A stretch of DNA of 64,000 bases, taken from Octopus bimaculoides (lineage: Eukaryota). The notes beneath the pieces are model-generated. The model worked only from the letters and a program-made list of their open reading frames with translations. It made no database searches and had not been told where the DNA came from. The translations under genes and the position numbers were made by a program. Shown piece by piece: positions 12,500 through 23,381 of the stretch (position 1 is the stretch's first letter; every line of letters starts with the position of its first letter). The DNA lies in assembly GCF_001194135.2 (NCBI RefSeq), contig NC_068988.1, forward strand, positions 14,932,107 through 14,996,106. The letters run 5' to 3'.

Positions 12500-12531
12500 T
12501 ACCTGCTGGGCATCAAATGAAAATTACTGAA

Positions 12532-12537
12532 AATAAA
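12532..12537 (+). terminator. Candidate polyadenylation signal of the SLC4A11-like gene
   Basis: AATAAA 33 nt after the stop codon; AT-rich context makes chance occurrence possible. Confidence 0.4.
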
Positions 12538-12732
12538 AATTAAAAAAAGAAAAAACATCTCACTGTTGTTTGTCTTTAATTTTTGAGTTTGTACACGACA
12601 GCTGCAGAGGTCAGTAAGTGCTTGCCAGGAGAGGAGGCTGCAGCAGCAGACATTGCTACAGGGTGGGCGAGATAATAGTGGTACAATCAACAAAGAGTTG
12701 TCAAGAAATACAAGACTTTAAAATTGTCAATT

Positions 12733-12738
12733 TTTATT
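12733..12738 (-). terminator. Candidate polyadenylation signal of SERBP1
   Basis: AATAAA on the minus strand about 720 nt after the stop, followed by U/GU-rich sequence. Confidence 0.4.
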
Positions 12739-13457
12739 CTCCAAGAAAGTGACGTCCAGCTTTTTTGAACACATCTGACATCACATGCTGCTACTGCTGC
12801 TGCTGTGGAAATAGATTTAACTCCAGGTAAGCACCAGGAGCAAAGGGCAGAAAATGCCCACAGCGGCTGCATGAATGGTCCATTAACATCTCCCTCTTCC
12901 CAACAGCAGGTCAACCAGAACAACAGGGGAATGATGGAAATTTTAAAAAAAATTTAAAAAACACACACACATTACTCTTTAATGATGGAAATTGAGAATA
13001 GTTTTATCTCTTCCACACTGAATGGAAAATTGCTTCCATTACACTGTAGCAGTCACAACAACAACCACCAATTAACAGGGGATGGGATGGGGCAATTTCC
13101 TTTCAAGGAGTAATAAATATTCACAAAATAAGCAGTCCATCATTAATAAGACCACCAGGGTTGATGGCAATTTTGAAGCTTAAGAGTCAATAGCAGCTGC
13201 TAGAGAAAGCAGCCTGGACTTCATGAGAGAAGGAGAGTTGGAGGAGAGAGCTGCTGCCAGACCAAACTTCATGCAGTACTGAGTTCAAGTGAAAAAGTGG
13301 TAATGAAACCATAGAAAAAACTTGCTGGAGATCTTCGCTCAGTTTCTATCAATATTTGAAGTACAAACGTTCAGTATTCCATGGCAAATCCAACAAGATG
13401 ATTTATGTTTACATAGCATTTTCATTTCCATGAATAAAGTGAAAAAAGCCATGAAAA

Positions 13458-13721
13458 TCATGCTGCAGTGTGGACAAGACGAGGAAAGTCATTCTCATCA
13501 TCCATGCATGGAGCAGATTCACGTGGTCCACCTTTCTTCTCTGCTCTGCTGATTGCACGACCACCTCCACGGCCACCTGTGCCTCTTTCTCCACCACCTC
13601 TTTCCGCACCACTTCCACGTCCACGTCTGCCACCACCACGTCCACGGCGTGGGGAATCATTAAATGTAATCTTGATGTTGTGGAGGATGTTCTTGCCACG
13701 ACGAGGTTCATCTTCATAACC
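13458..13721 (-). CDS. SERBP1: SERBP1 last coding exon (RGG region and C-terminal motif)
   Basis: GYEDEPRRGKNILHNIKITFNDSPRRGRGGGRRGRG...APCMDDENDFPRLVHTAA*; ttAG acceptor; 264 nt. Confidence 0.93.
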   Translation of the reverse strand, partial: GYEDEPRRGKNILHNIKITFNDSPRRGRGGGRRGRGSGAERGGGERGTGGRGGGRAISRAEKKGGPRESAPCMDDENDFPRLVHTAA

Positions 13722-14013
13722 CTAATGGGAAGAGAAAGAAAAAAAAACAATTACAATCAATATTTAAATGCAGTTAAAATGTTTACTTCTTACAATCTAC
13801 TAACGAGCCTCAGGCTGCAATCTCACATCTGAGGTAATCCAATAAAATGATTCAGTGATAAATATAGTAGCTGTACAGTCCTACCCATGCCAGCATAGGA
13901 GGCAGACATTAAACGATGAAATAGTAATGAAGTGCATACATCAAGTCAGAATTACTACCAGAGATATAGTCATTGAATTTTAAGTAACAAAGCAAAACAA
14001 ACAAAAAACTCAC

Positions 14014-14245
14014 TTCGTCCTCATCCTCATCTTCATCCTCATCATCAGATTCTTTCTTTTTCAGAACGTAGGTCTTCTTCCACTGAGACTCATCAACCCC
14101 TTCATTGGGCTTGCGGATGTTGAACTCAGTTTTTACACGGTTTTTCTTTTCCAGGGCCTTCCATTCGTCCAGAGTCATTTGCTTGACGATTTGCTCTTCG
14201 TCAGGCACTTCAGGATTGGCCTCCGTGGTCTCTGCAGTGGTCTCA
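14014..14245 (-). CDS. SERBP1: SERBP1 exon (HABP4/PAI-RBP1 domain)
   Basis: Hallmark motifs QMTLDEWKA and [10 protein letters not shown], followed by an acidic run; ccAG and GTGAGT sites. Confidence 0.95.
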
Positions 14246-14289
14246 CTGGAAACAGATTAATAAAATGAAAAAGAACTATTATAGCTCCT

Positions 14290-14323
14290 GGCCGTGATTG
14301 TCTAGTGGTTTGGACCCCACGTT
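14290..14323 (+). pseudogene. Isolated 5' half of tRNA-His(GUG)
   Basis: GGCCGTGATTGTCTAGTGGTTTGGACCCCACGTT matches recalled invertebrate tRNA-His (GCCGTGATCGTCTAGTGGTTAGGACCCCACGTTGTGG) up to U33; no 3' half follows. Confidence 0.7.
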
Positions 14324-14379
14324 ATATACATATAGTTTAGCTATAGAAAATGGCTGAAGACAATTTTAATTTTACTTAC

Positions 14380-14451
14380 TTAGGATCCTGGTTTTCGGCA
14401 TCCTCTGCTTGGGCACTCCACTCCTGAGTTTCAGTCTCCTTGAGCTGCTCC
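14380..14451 (-). CDS. SERBP1: SERBP1 exon
   Basis: EQLKETETQEWSAQAEDAENQDP(N); ctAG and GTAAGT sites; phase 2 at both ends, in frame with the next exon. Confidence 0.85.
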
Positions 14452-14908
14452 CTAGAATTGGTCGAACTAAATAATTAGGTTTCTATCGACCAGGACATAA
14501 TTTGATACAGAACGTTAAATACATCATAACCAATTAGTTAACACATTGCAATCTATACTCACTCCATATCATCTTTCATTGTTCCCCAATTGTGGGAACC
14601 ACCACCTTCCTTTTTCTCAACTGCCTTTACTCCACTGCAAATGTAAAAATATATCTGATTAGACATCAGCAAAAAGCAATAAAATCAAAAACATGGTAAA
14701 ACAATTAAGTAAGGCCATTGTGGGCTACCATCACTACTAAGTGTATCATCTCTTTTGTACCATTGTGGTATTAATATCAACCTCAAAAGTACGAAAGGCA
14801 AATCAGTAGTAAAAAAGGATATTGAAGGCCAAACAAAGAAACAAGCAATCCGTCCGAAATTATACAATAAACAAAATGTCATTCATCACATAAGAGATAA
14901 CTAAAGTA

Positions 14909-15380
14909 NNNNNNNNNNNNNNNNNNNNNNNNNNNNNNNNNNNNNNNNNNNNNNNNNNNNNNNNNNNNNNNNNNNNNNNNNNNNNNNNNNNNNNNNNNNN
15001 NNNNNNNNNNNNNNNNNNNNNNNNNNNNNNNNNNNNNNNNNNNNNNNNNNNNNNNNNNNNNNNNNNNNNNNNNNNNNNNNNNNNNNNNNNNNNNNNNNNN
15101 NNNNNNNNNNNNNNNNNNNNNNNNNNNNNNNNNNNNNNNNNNNNNNNNNNNNNNNNNNNNNNNNNNNNNNNNNNNNNNNNNNNNNNNNNNNNNNNNNNNN
15201 NNNNNNNNNNNNNNNNNNNNNNNNNNNNNNNNNNNNNNNNNNNNNNNNNNNNNNNNNNNNNNNNNNNNNNNNNNNNNNNNNNNNNNNNNNNNNNNNNNNN
15301 NNNNNNNNNNNNNNNNNNNNNNNNNNNNNNNNNNNNNNNNNNNNNNNNNNNNNNNNNNNNNNNNNNNNNNNNNNNNNNNN
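14909..15380. other. Assembly gap, probably hiding a SERBP1 exon (other gaps: 21000-21117, 22865-23278, 35487-35602, 36602-36730, 45054-45153, 55528-55769, 58884-58983)
   Basis: N runs. A minus-strand polypyrimidine tract runs directly into this gap. Confidence 0.95.
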
Positions 15381-15517
15381 ATAATAAAACAAAATGAAAG
15401 TACAACTTGCATCTACATTTGTAGGAAAGCCTAAGGGACAGACAGTTGTTCGAGTAGTCATTTCGTTTATTTATTTATTTTTTCTTCTTAAACTCATAAG
15501 CGATCTCTGGTACTTAC

Positions 15518-15686
15518 CGATAATCAGACGAGAAATCATCCCTTCGCCGAGGAGGTCGGCGCTCTGTTTCATTGTCCCCAAATTCATTGGAATCTTTGGA
15601 TTCGGTCTCTCGATTCGGCCGGAAACTTCTTCCTCGTCCTCTGTTCTGACCGCGAGGGGCACTTTCTCTTCTATTGCTTTCTACCA
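15518..15686 (-). CDS. SERBP1: SERBP1 exon 2
   Basis: VVESNRRESAPRGQNRGRGRSFRPNRETESKDSNEFGDNETERRPPRRRDDFSSDY(R); ttAG and GTAAGT sites; continues phase 1 from exon 1. Confidence 0.88.
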
Positions 15687-16154
15687 CTAAACGAGGGGAG
15701 GGGAAGTAGAGAAAAATGGAACAGTTTCAGAAACGTAGTAGAAAAGAAAATTAACTCACACACACACACACAATACAAGAGCCTAACGAAAAAGAAAAAG
15801 AATTTAAGTGCGAAGATGAAAATAAAACAAGAAATGATAAAACCACAGGTCAACACTTGAAATAAACAAATACGTCTTTATTTGTCGAATCAGTAGACAT
15901 TCATATTAGCCCGAGTTCGTCCGACTTACATTGTAGCATAGTCTTATATGGTAATGAGGGGGAAAGATCACATTACAAAATAAATCTTCTACAACGGCAA
16001 CACTGTTGTTTAATTAATTAATAACATTATTGTTTAATGGTTTTAGTTTACAATTAAAAAAATTTATTTCACAAGGGAGGAGGAAAAAATAATAATGAAT
16101 AAGCAAGCGAGTAAGCTGGAGCAGCAGAAAGGCGAGTGGCGGGGCAAAGTAGTC

Positions 16155-16188
16155 AAGATGGCGTCCAGCATGCTAGAAAGATGGCGGC
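16155..16188. promoter_or_regulatory. Tandem YY1 motifs in SERBP1 intron 1
   Basis: CAAGATGGCG (core 16155-16163) and AAGATGGCGGC (16178-16188) match the YY1 consensus. Confidence 0.55.
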
Positions 16189-17395
16189 TAAGAGTGTTGA
16201 AAAAAGCACATGGACCAGCATACACACACACACGCACACACATTCATATATATACACACACGCACGCATATGTACATACGTGAATAGAAATACATAGTCA
16301 CACACAAATATATATACATGTATTTAAAGACGGTCGACACTGGCAGGACAGGCAATATCTGCACGTGCACACCAACATGAATGAAGAGAGGGGCGCAAAC
16401 ATCAGGTGAAATAATTCAATCCATTTCATATATACTCATTAAATTTCTTTCACCTCTTCTTTTTGTACTATACACTCACCCATAAGATTTTTTCCTTTCA
16501 TGTAATTAATTAATTACAAATATTGAAAAGTAACGACGAATATATAAATACAATGAAATTATCACTCAGTAGAACAAAAAAAGAAAACTCCAATACAGTG
16601 CTTTAATTCTTGATGCAGCATCAGTAGATAATATATAGATCTATTGCTTTCACATGTGTGCGCGTGTATATAATATACATACATGCACATCTGCGACACT
16701 TGAAATCCCCCAATTTCCCACGAAACTGATTGAATTTTTTTTTCTTCAATAACAGATCCCTAAACGTTAAAATCGTCTTGAGCACTTAAATATATAGACA
16801 TACATTGATAAATATATATATTCCACATCGATATATACACACACTTACACATTGATATATGTATATATACACATATATATAAACGCCAATCGGTAGTCAG
16901 TGAGATATGCGATGGCGGCGGGAATGTCTTATCAAACTCGCCATGTTATCGCAGACAAGAGATTTTTATTTCAAACGATCGAGTGGAAAAAAAGCACTTG
17001 ATATGAAGCTTAATACATAACTAGTGGCGGCTAGTCGTGCTTAAATACTTAAATAGTAATGCCTAGATGGGTGACCTTCACCTAATCATCACCAGACAGA
17101 CATTCTATTTAGGCACAATGCAGTTTAGTCACCTCGTGTGTTCTCTTAATGAATTTTTGTCATTCTCGTTCGACCTGACATTTTTTTCTAAACTTAATAT
17201 CAAATACAAAATACCAAGATTCAGAAATGAGAATTTACAATACGTTGCTTAAATCGAAGCTGCAGGTAAATGAAGCAGAAAAGAATATAAATCGTACCAT
17301 GTGGAACCTTCCAGGGAAGATTAGAAAATAACGCTGTCTATGAACAAATACAATAAATCATCGAAATCGAAGCATATTAAAATATTTCTATTTAC

Positions 17396-17636
17396 CATCT
17401 CTCCGCTGTGAACTCTGTTCTGGTGCCTTTGATTTGGATTCCTGCGGACTGGGTGCAACTGGCTTTTTGGTGGATTTATTATTAGCTTTATTAGCTTTGG
17501 ACTTATCCACTTCCTTTTTAACTGTGTCCTTCTTTTTCACTTTAGCTTCCTGCTGATGAAGCATATCCAGTGGATCAGCATCATCGTAGAAAAGCGCATA
17601 CTTGTTGGAAACAACTATGCCGTACTGGTTCTCCAT
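17396..17636 (-). CDS. SERBP1: SERBP1 / vig-like RNA-binding protein, exon 1
   Basis: MENQYGIVVSNKYALFYDDADPLDML matches the family N-terminus (YG..V.N.F..L.D...DP.D.L); GTAAA donor at 17395. Confidence 0.92.
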
Positions 17637-18116
17637 CGTTCCTCTGATTGAAGAGGATGCCAATGGATTCCACACCTGACGGCTGCCCTCCTGCTCTTAG
17701 CTCTCCAATATGGCGTGTTAGTTTAGATACAAGCAATGCATCTCGGGCACATCTGACGTCACTACCCATATATGGTAAAGCTGGCGGGAAGGGCGTCAAT
17801 TACTTATTTCCAGACCAATATATTTAATATATATTTTTTTTAATGTTCTAACTTTACTTATATATTGATTAAAATGTTTAGATTTTTAGGGAGTAAACTT
17901 TAAAATTTATCCTTTAAAATGCAAATTTCAATATTGCCAATTTTACCCATCGGCCTCACATCGCGGGAAATTGCACTTAGTTGGTTGCTATGGGAAGGAG
18001 GGGGAGGTTGCATGGCCGGTTTTTAACATAAACACGTCCAGGCATGCTTTGCAGTGGCAACTACCTGCCCTCCGGCTGGAATTGTATTGTTGTATTCCCA
18101 TTTTTTCCAGGGAAAA
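17637..18116. promoter_or_regulatory. Bidirectional promoter and 5'UTRs of SERBP1 and ZNF367
   Basis: Divergent ATGs 480 bp apart. YY1-like AATATGGCG 17707-17715, CRE TGACGTCA 17754-17761, E2F-like TGGCGGGAA 17782-17790 and CGCGGGAAA 17962-17970. Region is CpG-enriched and free of repeats. Confidence 0.8.
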
Positions 18117-18504
18117 ATGCAATTTCAGTCATCAGCTTCTCAACTAGGACTTGCAATTCCTCAACTGATGAATGGCCACTTTGCTACCGATGATGTGTTT
18201 ATGGTGCCTTGGAAGTGGTCCAGAGATGGTGATGATGATGAGGTGTCTGTCGCACGCATTCAGTTCAACTTAGATACAGCTTCTCTGGGACAAACCGATT
18301 ATTCGAAATGCGAAAGGAAGGGCGTAGTAGATGGTGAAAACGAAGATGGTGAAAATTCGGTGCGTCGAGGTCGACCTCGAGCAGACAGTATTTCGTCTCT
18401 GATTTTGGAAGGTTACTCCTCTCGCAGCGACATACGATGTCAGCTCTGTTGGCGAGTGTTTCCCAGGGAGAAATCTCTCCAAGCTCATCTCAGAACCCAT
18501 ACTG
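18117..18504 (+). CDS. ZNF367: ZNF367 exon 1 (gene of 4 exons, 855 nt, 284 aa)
   Basis: FMVPWKW motif and RRGRPRADSISSLILEG..IRCQLCWRVFPREKSLQAHLRTHTG versus recalled ZNF367 RRGRPRADTVRDLINEG..IRCNICNRVFPREKSLQAHKRTHTG. The start ATG is inferred. Confidence 0.93.
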
Positions 18505-20525
18505 GTCAGTAAAATTCTCTTGTACATACACACACATTTACACATTCTGCATGATTTCACTTTTAATATCATTTGTTTTGTCAAAACATGTTTTTCTTCA
18601 GTTGCTGTTCTGAATTTCATTACATTCTCTCCAAATAACCTTTCTAGTATCTGTGTATATTTATGTGTCTACTTATATGTACTGTTTGTCTTATATCTAT
18701 TTATATGTATTTATCTGTGTATATTTATATGTATTACTAAAGATTCGCTTCGTCGAAATTAATAAAAAGAATTTTTTATCTTAGCGAAAATATCAGCAAA
18801 AATTAAAAACTATTGATCTTCGATTATAAAGCAATAATCGAAATATATGTTTATACACCAAATGAATTTTCTTTTAATAAAAAATATATATATACTTCAT
18901 CAATGTCTTAGCCATCACCTTTACGATTTTATCTCTTCAATTCAAATTTCTTGTTTCATAGATTTTCTGAAGGGATTTTTTATATAAAATATATTTATGT
19001 ATTCCTTTTACTGTTTAATTTAATTGTAAATATTTATCCGTGCGATTGTAGCTATTATAATGAAACAGAATTTTTATTTGCTAACATAGATCATGTTTGG
19101 GCAAAACCATTGAGAGAAAGAGAGATAGCTTGTTATATAGTCGCTCGACCGGCTAAAAATAGCAGCTAAATTTTCAAATTGCACATTAGACCTGATGACC
19201 ATGGTTAAAATGGATTTGACCATAGATTTACTCAACATGGTTTGATTTGGAAATCAGACAGCCAACAGTAATCTATTTCTATGATAGCTCTTAGTCGTGT
19301 CAGCTGCTATTTTAATTGTACGAATAACATCGTATCAAATGTCATAACATATATAGTGTAAACATTCTTGTATGAGATATATATATATATATATGCTGTG
19401 CCGGATTTAGAATTGGTGAGATGCGAAAGTATTGCAAACCTTGGAAAATCTCTAAGAATGACACTAGGTCGCGTATATGTCACTCTCTTAATTATTTTGA
19501 ATCCATCCTGCATAGTGAGCCCTTAACTTGTATAGTTTATGCCTAAATCTGGCATTGTGTTGGGGTGAGGTTTACATATAAACTTGTGACTTCCAAAACA
19601 GTATAACTAAGGCCTTCGAGAGAACTTTTGCCAGCTGGAGCAAAATTTTATTCGTGTGTTGGGATCAAGAGAACCCTTTTTCAAAATTCAAGAGGGTGGT
19701 GAGGGTTTCTTTGAGGGGGACCCTTAAGGTATTCACGGGCCTCTGGATCTCGTAATATACATTCTGCATGCAACGATCGTATTCATATACATTTGTGTGA
19801 GGATTTCTTTTATACGAGTTATTTTAATTAAAAAAAAAAAAGTTTCAGTTTTGGGGTCCCTGTAACCAAATAGCAAATTGGGGATCCACAATAATAATTT
19901 AAGGGCCCCTGAAAAAATTTGGCTTTAGATGTGTATGTATTGGTATCTACTGCAAGAAACAGCTCCCTTTCTGCTAATATTTTACATAGTCCAACGTACA
20001 CAAGTTAATGTGTGAAAAACAAAATAGGAACTTTGAAAGGAATAACTCTAAAACTAGTCTTTGAATACTGAATGGCTATGTGGAGGGGCAGCAGAATAAA
20101 ATAGTAATCAAAAGGGTCCATAGTTGAAAAATGATAAAGAACCTTTGAGGTAATATTATCCATGTTACACACGCGACGAGCTTCTTTCAGTTTCTGTCTA
20201 CCAAATCTACTCACAAGGGGGATAGTTGACCTGGGGCTATAGAAGACTGACCAAGACCACAAGTCAATATTTCGTTTAGGCATTGCAGTGCCAATTACCT
20301 GATGTTACAACTCAATATACATATGTTTCAGAATGGATCGTCAGTCGAATACAGAGCAGTAATAAGAAATTTGCGATGAGGAAGGAATACATAATTATGT
20401 TATAAACTTCATTAGCTTGCAGCTGCTTCTGCTATAAGATGCAATGCTCTCATAGTTGAGTGCTTGAGTATCACACTATAGCTTCAAACAAGAATACACA
20501 CGCGTGCGCGAACACACACATGTAT

Positions 20526-20623
20526 TATTGTGGGGTAGGCAGGTTTATAGGGTTACCTTAAAGCTAAACCCCTTATGAGCAAGAAAGCCAGGATAACCCC
20601 ATAAACTGGCCTACCCCACTATA
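20526..20623. mobile_element. Short internally deleted relative of the 7473-7689 inverted-repeat element
   Basis: GTGGGGTAGGCAGGTTTATAGGG pairs with CCCCATAAACTGGCCTACCCCAC. Confidence 0.65.
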
Positions 20624-20714
20624 ATATTAAGTGCTCTACGTCTTAGAGTGTGCTTCTCCTCCGAATTTATGTATTTCTATAAATGATATATATATATATA
20701 TAAATATCATCTTC

Positions 20715-21473
20715 TTCATCATTGTTTAACGTCCGCCTTCCATGCTGGCATAGGTTCAACAGTTTGACTGAGGACTGGTGAACCAGATGGCTGCACCAGG
20801 CTCCAATCTGATCTGGCAGAGTTTCTACAGCTGGATGCCCTTCCTAACGCCAACCACTCCGAGATTGTAGTGGGTGCTTTTATGTGCCACTGGCACGAGG
20901 GCCAGTCAGGCGGTACTGGCAACGGCCACCCTCGAAATGGTGTTTTTATGTGTCACCTGCACAGGAGCCAGTCCAATGGCACTGGCAACACCCTCGCTCN
21001 NNNNNNNNNNNNNNNNNNNNNNNNNNNNNNNNNNNNNNNNNNNNNNNNNNNNNNNNNNNNNNNNNNNNNNNNNNNNNNNNNNNNNNNNNNNNNNNNNNNN
21101 NNNNNNNNNNNNNNNNNAAGTTGTTTTCCACATACCACCAGCACAAGTGCCAGTAAGGTGACGCTGGTAACGATCACGCTCAAATGGTGCCTTTTACGTG
21201 CCACCGGCATGGAAGCCAGACGGCTGCTCTGGCAACGATCATGCTCAGATGGTGCTCTTAGCACAGGTGCCAGTCATCAAATTTGGTTCCATTTTGATTT
21301 CACTTACCTCAACAGGTCTTCGCAAGCAGAGTTTAGTGTCCAATGAAGGAAAAGTACGCATAAGTGGGTTGGTTACACCCCTGGCATCGGGCAGGGATTA
21401 TGGTCTCACTTGGCTTGCCGGGGTCATCTCACGCACAGCATATTTCCAAAGGTCTCGGTCACTAGTCATATGA
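20715..21473 (-). mobile_element. 5'-truncated RTE LINE: ORF2 terminus, modular 3'UTR and (GAT)n tail
   Basis: Minus strand reads MTSDRDLWKYAVREMT, then GGTGGCACGTAAAA modules and the constant tail. Similar copies at 27070-27500 (-), 31020-31725 (+), 33680-34145 (+), 38350-38955 (+), 51172-51500 (-) and 62690-62950 (+). Confidence 0.8.
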
Positions 21474-23347
21474 ATATGTGTGTTTACTACATATACACAA
21501 AACCTTAAAGAATGGTATAACATCACTGACTCCAGCTTGTCTTTTTGCCACTTAGCACTACTAGAGAGTTTTTGCAATGCAGTGCAAGTTGCACAAAATT
21601 CCAATTATGCATTATTAATTTGTGTTATCTTCATCCTTATGTCTCATTGTCCTTTTATGTTTTTTTGTAACTTTGTTTTAAATCTTAATGTCCTTTCATG
21701 TATTACTTGGGTGTGTTAGTTTTAACTAGTTTGGCAAATGTGTATATGTCAGTGTTAGTGTTGGAAAAAGTCAGACTCAGTTAATGAGTTGACACCCATA
21801 TATCATCAACATTTAACGTCCGTTGTCCATGCTGGCATGGGTTGGATGGTTTGACCGGGAATGCACCAGACTCCTGTCTGACTTGGCATGGTTCCTATAG
21901 CTGCTGAATGCCCTTCTTAACACCAACCACACCAAGAGTGTAATAGGTGCTTTTATGTATCAGTTATGTGGCACCGGCATCAGCCACATTGCCTCCATGA
22001 GGCCCAACCCTTGAATGGTGCTTTTTACATGCCGCTGGCATGGGTGCCTGTTATGTGGCACCAGTATCGGCCGCATTTCCTCATATATATATAAGAGCAT
22101 TGTAATTTATTTGAAGCATTGCATATTGTTTTAAAAACAGGTTTGAGCAATGGTGATGAGAAGTTAGGCAGAATATGTAAGGTAATGCCAGTGAGAGAAA
22201 GTAAAAAGAAAAGAAATTTTATTACCTTAACATAGATTGTTTAATGCTCCCTAAATATTTCGGATAAAATTTCCCTTATCAAATATAGATATTTGCATAT
22301 AGAAAGAAAAATGAAGAGTTGGGGAAAATGTGTTATATAAAGATAGATGTACATACTTAAATGTGTGTATACACACACACACAGTTATATGTAGATATAC
22401 ATATTTGCATGTGTATATAATATACACACACACACACACACATCATTTTAACTTCCATTTTTCCATGGGCCAAGCAGAATTCATTGAGACATTTTCTACA
22501 ACCAGATATGTATACATAAATATTTATGTACATGTATGTATGAATATATATACTCTTTTACTCTTTTACTTGTTTCAGTCTTTTGACTGCGGCCATGCTG
22601 GAGCACCGCCTTTAGTCGAAGAAATCGACCCCAGGACTTATTCTTTGGAAGCCTAGTACTTATTCTATCGGTCTCTATAGCCGAACCACTAAGTTACGGG
22701 GACATAAACACACCAGCATCGGTTGTCAAGCGATGTTGGGGGGACAAACACAGACATACAAACACACACACACATACACATATATATACACATATACGAC
22801 GGGCTTCTTTCAGTTTCCGTCTACCAAATCCACTCACAAGGCATTGGTCGGCCCGAGGCTATAGNNNNNNNNNNNNNNNNNNNNNNNNNNNNNNNNNNNN
22901 NNNNNNNNNNNNNNNNNNNNNNNNNNNNNNNNNNNNNNNNNNNNNNNNNNNNNNNNNNNNNNNNNNNNNNNNNNNNNNNNNNNNNNNNNNNNNNNNNNNN
23001 NNNNNNNNNNNNNNNNNNNNNNNNNNNNNNNNNNNNNNNNNNNNNNNNNNNNNNNNNNNNNNNNNNNNNNNNNNNNNNNNNNNNNNNNNNNNNNNNNNNN
23101 NNNNNNNNNNNNNNNNNNNNNNNNNNNNNNNNNNNNNNNNNNNNNNNNNNNNNNNNNNNNNNNNNNNNNNNNNNNNNNNNNNNNNNNNNNNNNNNNNNNN
23201 NNNNNNNNNNNNNNNNNNNNNNNNNNNNNNNNNNNNNNNNNNNNNNNNNNNNNNNNNNNNNNNNNNNNNNNNNNNNNNATGTATATATATGTAGATGTAC
23301 ATGTATGTATATATATATGATGTACATGTATGCATATATATATATGA

Positions 23348-23381
<34 letters not shown>

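Noticed and set aside
13409-13832. Alternative ORFs in the provided track overlapping the last SERBP1 exon
   Set aside because: They are other-frame or antisense shadows of the RGG-coding exon.
14803-14889. Possible intronic C/D snoRNA on the SERBP1 strand (GTGATGA ... CTGA, 87 nt)
   Set aside because: No terminal stem, no recognisable rRNA guide and no clear C'/D' boxes; such motifs arise by chance. snoscan would settle it.
18054-18116. N-terminal extension of ZNF367 from the non-ATG start in the ORF track
   Set aside because: It begins at GTG, shows no recognisable conservation and contains an acceptor-like tract; ATG 18117 is preferred.
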